64,000 nt of DNA from Gammaproteobacteria bacterium (GTDB taxonomy: Bacteria; Pseudomonadota; Gammaproteobacteria; DAOVJZ01). Of the stretch, positions 38,837-49,666 are shown piece by piece. Each line of letters begins with the position of its first letter. The stretch's first letter is position 1. The notes under the pieces were generated by a model. It made no database searches, was not told where the DNA came from, and saw nothing but the letters and a program-made list of their open reading frames with translations. The position numbers were made by a program, and so were the translations under genes. Where the stretch lies: NCBI GenBank assembly GCA_029882995.1, contig JAOUJV010000001.1:11668-75667 (forward strand), read 5' to 3'.

Positions 38837-41800
38837 ATGGTTTCAGGCTTGCTCAATTTTGTAAAAAGGCGTGATATTAGCAAATATCATGTTGTCATCA
38901 TGGTGACAACAGTTTTGCTTGTGAGTCTTTACTGGAAGTACAACCACAACATAGAGGTCCTAAAAGAAAAATTCATTGCGCTAAGCACCAGCGAAAATCA
39001 TCAGACTGTTGATTCTATACGACATCAGTTTCGTGTGATTGAGCAGGGGCTCAGAACTATTTCACGTCTCCCTGAAATAAAAAGGATTTCACATCATAAC
39101 CCTCATCTAAGCAAAGAAACAACAATCACAGTTAATGAAATATACAGCTCGTTAACTGAGAATGTTGCAGTTTCAGAAATATACATAACTCTTGTAAATA
39201 ATAAACTCAAAAAGGGTGAATTAGAAAGACCCATTCTTGAATTCGACAATAATATTCTTGAAAATGAACATAATAATGATAACGAAGATGAAGAATACAA
39301 AGTTATAAATAGCCATATATTAACCATAAAATCCAGATTCAGTAGTTATGATATGTATGAGATACCGGATCAGGTATTGTTAATAAGCGAGGAAGTTGAA
39401 GTATGCGATGTTTCCGAAAAAGGAGTGGCAATCGATGACGAGAAAAAAAAGGGCATAGTATTGTCAAAACCTGTTTTTAATGAACAAGGCAATGTAATAG
39501 GGGTTATCTCGGGAGTGTTACGTACTGATGTAATCAGGGGAATGTTATCAGACACAGATAGCTATATAACAAACGAAAAAAACGACTTTATTATTTCTCG
39601 ATCATCGAAGATAAACGAGGAAATAAAAAATAAATCAACCGACGTTCTTTCTGGTAATAAAAATACAGTTTACTACGAGAAAATAAAAATCCCGGTAAAC
39701 TCGCTTGGTTCAGACTGGTATTTTATATCAAGCCACCCTGATAATTATTTCTGGGATCAGATATACGTAAAGCATGAGAATTTATTTTTTGCTTATTCAT
39801 CATTTGTAATAATTCTGTTAAGTGGTTTTGCCATGATTTACTTACACAGAAGAGAAACAATAAGAAGGGCGGAAGAGGAAACGCTTCGTCAAGCATCACA
39901 CTTAAGCGCAGTATTCAATACGGTTCTTGAATCAATAATAACAATTGATGAAAAGGGTACAATTATAGATTGCAATCCTGCGATTGAGTTTTTATCAGGC
40001 TATATGGTTGAGGAGCTAAAAGGGTGTAATGTAAACATGCTGATGCCTCAATCAATTGCCAAACATCATGACTTATATCTTAAGAATTATATAAAGACTG
40101 GCGTTCCTGGAATAATTGGTGTTGGAAGAGAAGTTGAACTACGTCATAAAGATGGTCACCTTGTCCCCGTCGACCTTTCAGTGACCGAGTTTAAAAAAGG
40201 TGATACTAATTATTTTGTCGGCACCCTCAAAGACATATCCGTACAAAAAGAAATGATCGGCATCGTAGAAAAAGCCCGTGATACTGCGCTCGAATCTTCC
40301 AGAATTAAATCTGAATTCTTGTCCAACATGAGCCATGAATTACGCACACCGATGAATGGCATCATTGGCTTTATACAGCTTCTGGAAGATACAAAGCTCG
40401 ATGATGAGCAGAAGGCCTATCTGGATACAATTCTGGATTCAGCAAATGGCCTGATGACAATCATTAATGATGTACTGGATTTTACTCGCCTAGGTGCCGG
40501 GAAGATACGTATAGAAAACACTGATTTTAATTTAAGAATGACCGTCGACAGCCTTGTAGACTTTTTTAAATATCAGACTGAGTGCAGCAGAATAAAACTA
40601 CAGGGACAAATATCATCAAGAGTGCCCATGCAGCTTGTTGGTCCGCCGGGAAGATTGCGACAGATACTGGTGAATTTCATCAGTAACGCATTTAAATACA
40701 CTGAGCAGGGAGAGATAAATATCAGAGTAAATATGCTGGAAGAGCATGATGATTATGTTTTATTAATCACTGAAGTCGAGGATACAGGCGTTGGTATTAC
40801 AGAAGAAAATCAGAAGCTCATTTTTGATTCATTCAGGCAGGTTGACAGCTCTATAACCAGGCAACATCAGGGGCTTGGGCTTGGGTTGGCAATTACAAAA
40901 TCACTGGTTGAAATGATGGGGGGGGAAATCGGGGTTAAAAGCGAACCGGGAAAAGGAAGTACATTTTGGTTTACTATGCAACTAGGGAAGGCAGATCTGC
41001 CTTCATATAACAATGAATCCATATCATTGCTAAATGGTAAGTCGATTCTTGTTATTGACGATGATGCTGAATCGGCAGAATCATTACAATACAAACTTGG
41101 TACCTGTCATGCAATCACAGAAACAGTTTTTTCTCCTCTAGATGCCATTCAATTACTACGCGACAAATCCATTACCGAACACCCGTTTGACATGATTATT
41201 ATTGACGTTAAATCAGGATTGATAGATTGGCGCGATATTGTAACTACGATTAATAAAGATGAACTAATCAAGCCTGTTCGAAAGGTAGTGCTGACCTCTT
41301 CCGGGCAAAGAGGTTTTGGTGATCTTGCAAAACAAATTGGTGTTATGGCTTATATTACAAAACCGGTCGATGATAATGGCTTATTGACTGCCTTGAGTAT
41401 GGTGCTTAACAAGGAGCCGGATGACACGAGTTCGCTGATAACTAAATACACGATAAGTGAATATTGTGCGAAGCAATCTGGCCGCATACTGGTTGTTGAT
41501 GACAATATCACCTCGCAGAAAGAGGTGACACATGTGCTTTTAACAGATGGATTACGTTCAGATGTTGCTTGTTCAGATGCGGATGCGCTATTGTCACTTG
41601 ATCATATTGAATACAGCATGATAATCATTAATTCCGCATCGGGACAGGTCAATATTGAGGAATTTGTTTCTAATGTTCGAATTCACGACAAAGTCAGTAA
41701 CATTTCACACCCCATTATTGCACTGGTCGATAAAAATGACAGCATTATGACAGAACGGTGTATGAAGGCCGGGGTGGATGATGTCCTGATGTACCCCTTT

Positions 41801-41854
41801 AATGCAGAGCAGTTCAATGCAAAAATGCTAAATTTAATGAGCAAGGCAAGCTGA
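38837..41854 (+). CDS. Hybrid sensor histidine kinase (periplasmic/TM sensor, PAS, HisKA, HATPase, two receiver domains)
   Basis: H-box [20 protein letters not shown] boxes, PAS ([16 protein letters not shown]), and two C-terminal REC-like domains. AT-rich. The 38837 ATG has a GGAGAAGG RBS; 38813 is an alternative start. Confidence 0.75.
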   Translation: MVSGLLNFVKRRDISKYHVVIMVTTVLLVSLYWKYNHNIEVLKEKFIALSTSENHQTVDSIRHQFRVIEQGLRTISRLPEIKRISHHNPHLSKETTITVNEIYSSLTENVAVSEIYITLVNNKLKKGELERPILEFDNNILENEHNNDNEDEEYKVINSHILTIKSRFSSYDMYEIPDQVLLISEEVEVCDVSEKGVAIDDEKKKGIVLSKPVFNEQGNVIGVISGVLRTDVIRGMLSDTDSYITNEKNDFIISRSSKINEEIKNKSTDVLSGNKNTVYYEKIKIPVNSLGSDWYFISSHPDNYFWDQIYVKHENLFFAYSSFVIILLSGFAMIYLHRRETIRRAEEETLRQASHLSAVFNTVLESIITIDEKGTIIDCNPAIEFLSGYMVEELKGCNVNMLMPQSIAKHHDLYLKNYIKTGVPGIIGVGREVELRHKDGHLVPVDLSVTEFKKGDTNYFVGTLKDISVQKEMIGIVEKARDTALESSRIKSEFLSNMSHELRTPMNGIIGFIQLLEDTKLDDEQKAYLDTILDSANGLMTIINDVLDFTRLGAGKIRIENTDFNLRMTVDSLVDFFKYQTECSRIKLQGQISSRVPMQLVGPPGRLRQILVNFISNAFKYTEQGEINIRVNMLEEHDDYVLLITEVEDTGVGITEENQKLIFDSFRQVDSSITRQHQGLGLGLAITKSLVEMMGGEIGVKSEPGKGSTFWFTMQLGKADLPSYNNESISLLNGKSILVIDDDAESAESLQYKLGTCHAITETVFSPLDAIQLLRDKSITEHPFDMIIIDVKSGLIDWRDIVTTINKDELIKPVRKVVLTSSGQRGFGDLAKQIGVMAYITKPVDDNGLLTALSMVLNKEPDDTSSLITKYTISEYCAKQSGRILVVDDNITSQKEVTHVLLTDGLRSDVACSDADALLSLDHIEYSMIIINSASGQVNIEEFVSNVRIHDKVSNISHPIIALVDKNDSIMTERCMKAGVDDVLMYPFNAEQFNAKMLNLMSKAS

Positions 41855-41920
41855 TTTACTATTCAATAGCCCTCTGTTTTCGTATATTATCTTTTTTCAA
41901 TAGCAAAAACCGGTCTGATT

Positions 41921-42592
41921 ATGCTCGTTAAAATTCCATCCGTTTTGAACGAATCACAACTTTCAAGAATTCAGGGCATATTATCCAATGCCAGTTTTGT
42001 CGATGGTAAATTGTCTGCCGGAATGGCGGCACAACGTGTTAAAAACAATGAAGAGATTGATGTGCGATCTCGTGAAGTCGAAATGTTAAATGAGATTGTC
42101 ATGAATAGCCTTGTTTCACATCCTTTGTATAAAGCAGCTGCCATGCCACTCAGGGTGGCTGCGCCATATTACGCGCGCTATCAACATGGAAAATACTATG
42201 GTGATCATATTGATGATCCGATCATGTTTGCCGGTTCTCCTTATCGCTCTGATGTATCAACAACTGTATTTTTGACTGACCCTGCTGATTATGAAGGAGG
42301 GGAGCTTGTTGTTAGAACCACATTCGGCGATACCGAAGTAAAATTACCTGCAGGTCATGCCGTTGTTTATCCTTCAGCCAGTATTCATCATGTTAATGAA
42401 GTGACAAAAGGTGAGCGCATTGTTGCCGTCACCTGGGCGCAAAGCATGGTCAGAGATCCGGCAAAGCGGGAAATACTGTTTGATCTTTATCATGCGCGTG
42501 AAAAGATGCTTGTTGAAATGGCAGGAAAGGAAGAGACCGATCAGATTGACCGGTCGTATGTTAATCTGGTCAGAATGTGGTCGGAGTTATGA
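41921..42592 (+). CDS. PKHD-type Fe(II)/2-oxoglutarate hydroxylase (PiuC/YbiX family)
   Basis: 223 aa with HIDD...HHV iron ligands and a double-stranded beta-helix fold signature. Confidence 0.65.
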   Translation: MLVKIPSVLNESQLSRIQGILSNASFVDGKLSAGMAAQRVKNNEEIDVRSREVEMLNEIVMNSLVSHPLYKAAAMPLRVAAPYYARYQHGKYYGDHIDDPIMFAGSPYRSDVSTTVFLTDPADYEGGELVVRTTFGDTEVKLPAGHAVVYPSASIHHVNEVTKGERIVAVTWAQSMVRDPAKREILFDLYHAREKMLVEMAGKEETDQIDRSYVNLVRMWSEL

Positions 42593-43024
42593 CATAGCGT
42601 CTGCTTTTTTGTACCACTCCTGTGCCTTTTCTGCACTTTGTTCAACTCCCTGACCTTGTTCATACATCATACCCAATGTCATGGCAGAACCGGCCAGACC
42701 TTGTTCAGCCGCCTTTTCAAACCATTCAGCTGCTTTTGATTCATCTTTTGCAATACATTCACCATGAAGGTACATGAAACCAAGCCCATGCTGGGCAAGT
42801 GCATGACCGGCTCCGGCGGCCTTTTGCATATACTCAAGTGCACGTGTTTCGTCTTTTACTAATCCAAGTCCATTTTGAAACATAATGGCCATTCGATGCA
42901 TGGCATCGGGGTGTCCATCCTGTGCATATGGGGAAAGCAGTTGTTTGGCACGTGAAAATTCCTTGGCTTCAAATGCGGCCATCCCGCTTGCAAGATCCAT
43001 ATCCAGTCCTGACATATCACGCAT
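42587..43024 (-). CDS. Sel1-repeat (TPR-like) protein
   Basis: 145 aa with several Sel1 repeats (A.G...A...LG.MY..G.GV..D...A..W..KAA). Confidence 0.7.
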   Translation of the reverse strand: MRDMSGLDMDLASGMAAFEAKEFSRAKQLLSPYAQDGHPDAMHRMAIMFQNGLGLVKDETRALEYMQKAAGAGHALAQHGLGFMYLHGECIAKDESKAAEWFEKAAEQGLAGSAMTLGMMYEQGQGVEQSAEKAQEWYKKADAMS

Positions 43025-43174
43025 CGTTATTCTCCTGTGGAATAAATTCAGGCTATTTTACCTGTTTCTATTGTTGATAGAATCAAAAATAGCCATAAAT
43101 CTTCTACCAATTTTAGAAAATTAGCATTTGTGTTGTATATACTAGACCCCGGAACACATTGAATGAGGTAGCAA

Positions 43175-43741
43175 ATGAAACTGGAAGTAATTATTGAAGG
43201 CAACCGATATCATCTGAATATCCCACAGGATATGCTGGATGAGGGGCATTCTTTCTTCGATAAAATGGATGCGGATATGGATAAGGGCTGGCAAGTAGGG
43301 CGTGTGTTTATAGAAAATCCGGACATAAATGTACGATGCCGTATTGTGGCTGATCGTATTTTAACCGCGATGGAGAATGAAGATAAAACCATGGCATTAT
43401 TAATGTCTGCTTACATCGTAACGCGCATGCCGGAAGTCTCTGCGCTGGATATAGACGTATCTGGTGAAATGGACACCCGAATTATTCGACAGCAGGATGA
43501 TAAGCCTGAATTAACGAGTTTATCGCCAAAGGAAGCAATGGCTCAAACAGAAAAAGATGTGGCACGTGTTTACAAGGTAGGGAAGGTATACCGTTTTGCT
43601 ACATTCAACCACATCAAAAAAGAATGGATTGAATCGCCGCCATTTGAAACTGAAGAAGAAGCAAAGGATGCACGTTTGCAGGCCATGAATGTCCGTTATG
43701 AAGAATTAACGGGGGCTCAGGATAAACCCAAACTACATTAA
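43175..43741 (+). CDS. hypothetical protein
   Basis: 188 aa, no recognizable motif. Confidence 0.4.
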   Translation: MKLEVIIEGNRYHLNIPQDMLDEGHSFFDKMDADMDKGWQVGRVFIENPDINVRCRIVADRILTAMENEDKTMALLMSAYIVTRMPEVSALDIDVSGEMDTRIIRQQDDKPELTSLSPKEAMAQTEKDVARVYKVGKVYRFATFNHIKKEWIESPPFETEEEAKDARLQAMNVRYEELTGAQDKPKLH

Positions 43742-43749
43742 GCTAATGG

Positions 43750-44793
43750 CTACAGATATATCTTTGCAATATATTCCTCAATAGGTTCCACAGCGTTAGT
43801 ATTATGCTGTTTAAATAGCGCAAGCATATTGTTTGCTACCTGATACCAGTGTTCTTCTCCTGTTTTGCAAACAGTTTCCAGTGTGGCCAGTTTTCCACTC
43901 GATAGCCACTCCTGATAGCCCTTGATGAGTTGTGGAAACAGCAGCTTTCTCAGCCCGGTCATGTTGGAAAAATAAAAATGTAATGATGCCTGATTTTGAG
44001 TTTCGATCAGCTCAGGTAGTGTGGAAATACAATCTGCCAGATGATCACGCACAGCACGCGCCTTGAATTCAGCTTTTGTACACGAAAGAGTGGCCAGCAT
44101 TTGCTCCCATTCGTCTCCCAGTAATTTACCTGCACGCGCTTCACCAATTTCATGCAAGATGGTGTTTTCCGTCTCATTATCAACAAATGCGTTTAAGAGT
44201 GCCTCCATATCACCATGATGCGGATAACATTCAATGACCTGCGCCATTGGCACATCTGTACGTTTATTCCATTTCCATTCTTCTATCTTTTCCCATAAGA
44301 ACCGCTTTAACGATTCGCGGCTAATGAAAATAGTCTGGTTCAAAAATGTCGCTGGCGGCGCAACCAGATCACGTGCATATTCGAATTGCGAGATCAAAAT
44401 AGAAATATTTTCCCGCACCTCATGTTTGAGAAGTTTACCCAGAGAAAAATGCGGTTTTGAAAAGATACCACGTCCACTGTTGTAGATATAACCATGTGGT
44501 AGCAGTTTTTCATTTATCCCTTGTGTATCAAACGGGTCAAATGATTCATTGTCAATCACAAGCTGGCTATAGGCTTCATTTTCAAGTGGTTCCCATGATT
44601 GTTCACGATGCACCATCCATGAGCCAACATCATCACGCGGGATTTTTCCGGAAAGAGGGATTTTTTGTTCCCAGCGATAATATTCGCGCATTTTGAGTAA
44701 AAAAGTACACATGGAATAATTGCCCGCATATTGTGCATCTGAAATAGCACAATTATGCTGAACTGTTTTGACCAACTCTTGCAGATACTGCAT
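43750..44793 (-). CDS. hypothetical protein
   Basis: 347 aa, no recognizable motif. Confidence 0.4.
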   Translation of the reverse strand: MQYLQELVKTVQHNCAISDAQYAGNYSMCTFLLKMREYYRWEQKIPLSGKIPRDDVGSWMVHREQSWEPLENEAYSQLVIDNESFDPFDTQGINEKLLPHGYIYNSGRGIFSKPHFSLGKLLKHEVRENISILISQFEYARDLVAPPATFLNQTIFISRESLKRFLWEKIEEWKWNKRTDVPMAQVIECYPHHGDMEALLNAFVDNETENTILHEIGEARAGKLLGDEWEQMLATLSCTKAEFKARAVRDHLADCISTLPELIETQNQASLHFYFSNMTGLRKLLFPQLIKGYQEWLSSGKLATLETVCKTGEEHWYQVANNMLALFKQHNTNAVEPIEEYIAKIYL

Positions 44794-44932
44794 GACTGTC
44801 TCCCGGCATTACAAAACAATTACTTTCAGTCTAGCATTACCATTCAAAAACGGGCTATTTCTGTATAAATTGACGGGGTATCGGAATGACCAGAAAAGAA
44901 GCTATACCCCCGAATATTATATATAATGAGCA

Positions 44933-45553
44933 TTGCATGATTATATCGAGTATAGAATGGCTCTCAGAATAAAGACAAAGTGGCACCGTTCCAATCGCAG
45001 TGAACGTAACAAGGCTGGCTCCAGCAAACAAAAAACCATCGAAGATCTGGCAGGTGTTATCGCCTTCAATATCTGGAAAGTTTCACAGGAAACCTACAAG
45101 CGCATGGAGAAAGAGGGGTTCCATTTCAGGGAAGACAAGCAGGTTTCGGATATTATCACTGAAGTAATTGCCTTTCTTGTTCAGGTTGCTGACCGTATGG
45201 TGTATGGCAAAATTGATGAGGAAGAGCGCACTCGTTTTGTAACCGCTCTGGCACAGGAACTGGGCAAGACACTGGACAGTAATTTACGGGATCTGTTTGG
45301 TAAGGGTGATTATATCCAGCCGTTCTTCAATACATTGAATGAACGCTTTGCCGATTATGCCGAATTTCCGTTTGAAGACAATCAGCCCAGCTATGGAGCA
45401 AAACGCTATCTGGGCGACAAGATTGCCGAACACATGAAAGCAACGGATAACAAGTGGGTGCTGGAACAGGTTATTGATATCGAAGTACCGGAAGCACTCA
45501 AGATTGTGCAGAGAATGGTGATTGATGTAATGGGACTGCGCGAAAGAAGCTAG
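44933..45553 (+). CDS. hypothetical protein
   Basis: 206 aa (alternative start 44957), no recognizable motif. Confidence 0.4.
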   Translation: MHDYIEYRMALRIKTKWHRSNRSERNKAGSSKQKTIEDLAGVIAFNIWKVSQETYKRMEKEGFHFREDKQVSDIITEVIAFLVQVADRMVYGKIDEEERTRFVTALAQELGKTLDSNLRDLFGKGDYIQPFFNTLNERFADYAEFPFEDNQPSYGAKRYLGDKIAEHMKATDNKWVLEQVIDIEVPEALKIVQRMVIDVMGLRERS

Positions 45554-45732
45554 ACCAGTTTTATCAATAGCATTACAAATAGCACAACTGCAATAATCGG
45601 GATCAAGACCCCCATCCATTCATTACCGCTGACTTTGGGGCTTTCTTTCAGCATCTGTTTGGCGCGCGGAAAAATAAACATAATCATCATGCCAAGCAAA
45701 AGTGCGTAACCGATTTTCATCCACATTTCCAT
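45550..45732 (-). CDS. small two-TM membrane protein
   Basis: 60 aa hydrophobic ORF followed by a terminator hairpin on the lower-coordinate side of the upstream gene. Confidence 0.3.
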   Translation of the reverse strand: MEMWMKIGYALLLGMMIMFIFPRAKQMLKESPKVSGNEWMGVLIPIIAVVLFVMLLIKLV

Positions 45733-45801
45733 CAGGTATCCTCACCACAAAAAACAAACCCCGAACAAGTCGGGGTTTGTAATTATAACTAAATAAATGT
45801 T

Positions 45802-46473
45802 TTAATCCCTGCCGCTGAAAGCACTCAACAGGTGCAACAGGTGAACAAAAATATTGTAAATACTCAGGTAAAGACCAACTGTCGCCATGACATAATTGGT
45901 TTCACCGCCATTCACGATACGGCTGGTATCATACAGAATAAAGCCGCTCATAATCAGGATGACAATAGAAGATATCGCCAGTGACAGAGCAGGAATTTCC
46001 ATAAAGATATTAGCCAGTGCTGCAACCAGTACCATCAACATACCGACAAACAGCATGCCACCGAGGAAGCTGAAGTTTTTACGGGTAACCAGCGCATAAC
46101 CTGACAGACCCAGAAAAATAGTAGCGGTACCACCAAAGGCAACCATAATGATCTGGGAACCATTTTGCAGGGCCAGATAGCTATTCAGCATCGGGCCAAG
46201 ACCAAAACCCAACAGACCGGTTATTGCGAAAACCACACCAATACCGGCAGCAGAATTCGCTGTGCGTGGCAATACAAGCCAGATCAAGGCAAATGCGCCG
46301 ATTAGTGTAAATAATGAAACCCCGTGTGAAACCTGCATGGTCATGGAAAGCCCAGCCATGAGCGCACTGAATAGCAGTGTTATTGATAACAGGGTATAGG
46401 TATTACGAATTAATTTGGTTGTCGCTAATGACGAAACTGCACCTTGTGTTAAAACACTCGGATTTGTATTCAT
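45802..46473 (-). CDS. yccA: Bax inhibitor-1/YccA family membrane protein (FtsH modulator)
   Basis: 223 aa with seven TM helices and BI-1 family sequence features. A terminator hairpin (aaaccccgaac aagt cggggttt) lies at ~45751-45775. Confidence 0.7.
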   Translation of the reverse strand: MNTNPSVLTQGAVSSLATTKLIRNTYTLLSITLLFSALMAGLSMTMQVSHGVSLFTLIGAFALIWLVLPRTANSAAGIGVVFAITGLLGFGLGPMLNSYLALQNGSQIIMVAFGGTATIFLGLSGYALVTRKNFSFLGGMLFVGMLMVLVAALANIFMEIPALSLAISSIVILIMSGFILYDTSRIVNGGETNYVMATVGLYLSIYNIFVHLLHLLSAFSGRD

Positions 46474-46651
46474 GTGAGAAATTCTCCCATTGGTTGAAAT
46501 TACTGACAGTATAGACGTAAAAGTCTGTATTTAGTTCAAAATCATACGGATCTGGGTAAAAATATCAACTGGTACAAGCTACTGTTTTTATATATAATTC
46601 GCGCCTCAAAACTCGGGGAAACCACAATCTTTGCCCTGATATATGAATTCT

Positions 46652-46739
46652 GGAGAGCTGGCTGAGTGGTCGAAAGCGGCGGTCTTGAAAACCGTTGAGG
46701 GGTAACCCTCCGGGGGTTCGAATCCCTCGCTCTCCGCCA
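46652..46739 (+). tRNA. tRNA-Ser(UGA)
   Basis: Class II tRNA with acceptor ggagagc/gctctcc, anticodon loop cttgaaa, long variable arm, T-loop GGTTCGAATCC and CCA. Confidence 0.85.
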
Positions 46740-46743
46740 AAAA

Positions 46744-46775
46744 TAAAAAAGGGTCCTATTGGACCCTTTTTTGTT
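46744..46775 (+). terminator. Rho-independent terminator (aaagggtcc tatt ggacccttt + T-run)
   Basis: Perfect 9 bp stem followed by tttttgttttt directly after tRNA-Ser. Confidence 0.6.
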
Positions 46776-47101
46776 TTTGTGAAGGTGACCGAGGTCTTGG
46801 TTCGACCCCCCAGGTTCGACAAATTTGTCGGGAACAAATTTGAACACCACGAAGTGGTGGCCCGTAAGGGCGGCGCACAGGGAAGTGCACCGTAATCCCG
46901 AGCTCTAACTCCCCTTGGGGTTTTACGCGAGATACTAGTACAGATAAAACCATGCCTAAAACTGTCAGCATTTTTTACAATTTCTTGTATTTAATCTCGG
47001 ACTAATAAACAAACACTATATGAATCAATGGATTAAATTTTGGGTACAAATTTTGCATGACTGCTTCTAATCATTGATTTCAATTATGGAGCAGGCAGGA
47101 C

Positions 47102-47899
47102 ATGAAGGTTTTAAGGAGTGTTTCACTAGCAGTATTTGCGATTGTATTGAGCAATTCGTTCATCTCACAAGCATCAGCAACACCGATCACAACCAGTTTC
47201 GAAACCACAGTTCAATCTACTTCGGGTATTCCGGGAGTTAATGTGGGGGACAATTTTTCTGCTTCTTTTACCTTTGATAACGATGAAACTGCAGCCAGCT
47301 CTGTTTTATCACCTATATGTGGTTTCGGTGGATGTTTTAAAACATATCGTTTTACAGATCCCGTTTATACAGGCAATGTATCTACACCAAGTTTAAATTA
47401 CAGCTCAGATGGTGGCATAGCAGTAGGTGTTTTTAACGACTTCACAATGCCATCAGGTCTTTTTGGTTCTAGCTATGAACTTGGCATTTTGGGCAATCCA
47501 GACATCTATGACTTCATCATGATTGGTGGCGGATGGGGAAGTATTGGGGAAAATATAGATTTATCAGGTAACACAACTAATATCTCTGAAATTGGATTTA
47601 GCTTATTATTTATTGGTAATTCAAATCTAATTTCTGATACTTCGTTGCCATTATCAATTGACGAATTATTATCTGATCCAGATTTTATTGGTTCTGCGCT
47701 TTTATTATCACTATATGAACTACAACAAGCTTCTTCTTTCTGCTCAGGTACTAATTCTTGTTTAGGTGGTGGAGGGGTTCCTGTTGAAATAGCCCATATA
47801 TACGGCGAAGAAGTCAGTGCAATACCCACACCCGCAACCCTGTTATTGATTGCGCCCGGTCTTCTGGCTCTGGTAAAATTGTCCAAGAGAAATAACTAA
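47102..47899 (+). CDS. PEP-CTERM sorting-domain secreted protein (exosortase substrate)
   Basis: Signal peptide and C-terminal IPTPATLLLIAPGLLALVKLSKRNN (P-[TE]-P motif, TM helix, basic tail). Ser/Gly/Thr-rich. AT-rich. Confidence 0.65.
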   Translation: MKVLRSVSLAVFAIVLSNSFISQASATPITTSFETTVQSTSGIPGVNVGDNFSASFTFDNDETAASSVLSPICGFGGCFKTYRFTDPVYTGNVSTPSLNYSSDGGIAVGVFNDFTMPSGLFGSSYELGILGNPDIYDFIMIGGGWGSIGENIDLSGNTTNISEIGFSLLFIGNSNLISDTSLPLSIDELLSDPDFIGSALLLSLYELQQASSFCSGTNSCLGGGGVPVEIAHIYGEEVSAIPTPATLLLIAPGLLALVKLSKRNN

Positions 47900-47912
47900 A
47901 GCAGGACTCAAG

Positions 47913-48188
47913 ATGTTTAAATGCCCTCATTGTGAAAAACCCGAAATAAAACCATTACGCAAAGCCATTCTTAGCCCAGGGTTGCTGGCTAAATGCGGCA
48001 TATGTTCTGGTGAATCAACGATTACTTACAAGGCATGGCTGACAGCCATGATACCAGGGTCAATTTTAATGTTGGCAACACTGGTGATGGATACCGGCGA
48101 GTGGGAAACAACACTGAATGTGGTTGGTTTTGCCTTAATGGTATTGCTCCCATTCCTGTTCGCACCATTAATAAAATTCAAAGACTGA
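47913..48188 (+). CDS. small zinc-ribbon/TM protein
   Basis: 91 aa with CPHCEK...CGIC and two TM helices. Followed by a terminator hairpin at ~48212-48241. Confidence 0.4.
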   Translation: MFKCPHCEKPEIKPLRKAILSPGLLAKCGICSGESTITYKAWLTAMIPGSILMLATLVMDTGEWETTLNVVGFALMVLLPFLFAPLIKFKD

Positions 48189-49661
48189 TTATTTCTGTGG
48201 TTCTATAAAAGCCCACCCCAGTTTCACGGGTGGGTTTTTTTCATTAAAGCGTCGCCATTTAAAGGTAACTGGCGTTTGTATTTCAATATTCGGGTATCGA
48301 TTAAGCCAGTCTACAGGTAGACTTTCGCCATCAATAGATACATCCCAAACCAGTACAGCGCCTTTGGTGAGAAAATCCTGTTTATCTATCCAGCCACTGC
48401 GTTTGTCTTCCATCTGAACATAAACAGAAGGTCGATCTTTCGAGTAAAAGGCAACATTACCACCAAGTGATAAACGTGCAACGACATATTCTAATGGTGC
48501 ATTAAATCGTTTATGCCATTCATTGGTAAAGAAAGTGCCGATTTCATTACCCGGGAAATGAGCGCGCTCGCGCAATTTAATAGTAAGTTGCGTAATGTAG
48601 GCGCTAACAATAAAGGCAGAAACAATCAGTAGGGTAATCAGAAAACGTTTAAAGTTTTTAATTCCAATATCCGGCCTGAAATAGATCATCAACAGTACGC
48701 CTGCAAGAAACCATGCCGGAGTGCCCCACATGGATTTCAGCCGCATTCCAAAAATAGCAGAAAGCAAAAGCATAATAACAAACGGTCCCAGGCCAATTAT
48801 CCATGGAAAAGGATCAGATTTTCCGGCACGTGGAAACGCAGGCTGTCCTGCTTTAAGGGCAATAAAGGCAATCAGGCAGAATAAAACAGCCAGTAATTGC
48901 GAGCCGGCGAACTTAATAGGGTAATACAGGTTGGCAAAGTCCGCTTTTTCTGCAGTTGATCGATCCAGTCCATAGGTAATGGTAGTGAAATCATTTTGCG
49001 TTACCCAGTAAAGGTGAGGGCTGATAATGAATATGCCTAATACGATGGCCAGATACAAACCAGGTTGTCTGAATGTTTTACGATAGGCGTGTGTGCTTAA
49101 TAAGACTGCAAACATGGAAAGAAACAAAAATGCAGTGTGGTATTTTGCCAGCACTGAAAGCCCTGCAAACAAACCACAAGCCAGCCAGTATTTTATATCA
49201 CCTCTTACCAGTGAATAACGAAATACCAGAACTGTCAGTGGCCATAATCCAAGCAATAATACATTGGGATTAAATTCAGGTGAGGTGAAGTTGTAATAAT
49301 AAACGCCTTCAAGCAATACCACGGCGATCAGTGAACGTGCCTCATTCAACCATTCATGTGCGAGCTTCCAGACCGCCCAGAAACCTGCCACGATACAAAG
49401 CTGACTTAACAGAAAATAGGACCAGAGCTGATTGCCGGATAATGTAACCGCTATTTCAGCCAGCCATGCAGAAAGTGGCGGGTGGCGTTCATAGCCAAGC
49501 TGCCATTCATGTCCCCATGTGATGGTTTCTGATGCATCAATGGGCATGTTGGGATGAAACAGAACTGGCAGCAAGGTCCAGACAATCAAATGCAGAATAA
49601 TAAAACGCCAGAATAGTTTTTGTGGATCACTATTAAGCGTTTGACAAAGCGCGTTAAACAT
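48189..49661 (-). CDS. GT-C family membrane glycosyltransferase (ArnT/PMT-like, GT39/GT83; candidate polyprenyl-phospho-arabinose-dependent arabinosyltransferase)
   Basis: 490 aa with ~11 TM helices. The N-terminal loop has the DxE-type motif region typical of ArnT/PMT enzymes. Located in a DPA-like pathway operon. Confidence 0.65.
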   Translation of the reverse strand: MFNALCQTLNSDPQKLFWRFIILHLIVWTLLPVLFHPNMPIDASETITWGHEWQLGYERHPPLSAWLAEIAVTLSGNQLWSYFLLSQLCIVAGFWAVWKLAHEWLNEARSLIAVVLLEGVYYYNFTSPEFNPNVLLLGLWPLTVLVFRYSLVRGDIKYWLACGLFAGLSVLAKYHTAFLFLSMFAVLLSTHAYRKTFRQPGLYLAIVLGIFIISPHLYWVTQNDFTTITYGLDRSTAEKADFANLYYPIKFAGSQLLAVLFCLIAFIALKAGQPAFPRAGKSDPFPWIIGLGPFVIMLLLSAIFGMRLKSMWGTPAWFLAGVLLMIYFRPDIGIKNFKRFLITLLIVSAFIVSAYITQLTIKLRERAHFPGNEIGTFFTNEWHKRFNAPLEYVVARLSLGGNVAFYSKDRPSVYVQMEDKRSGWIDKQDFLTKGAVLVWDVSIDGESLPVDWLNRYPNIEIQTPVTFKWRRFNEKNPPVKLGWAFIEPQK

Positions 49662-49666
49662 TTACT

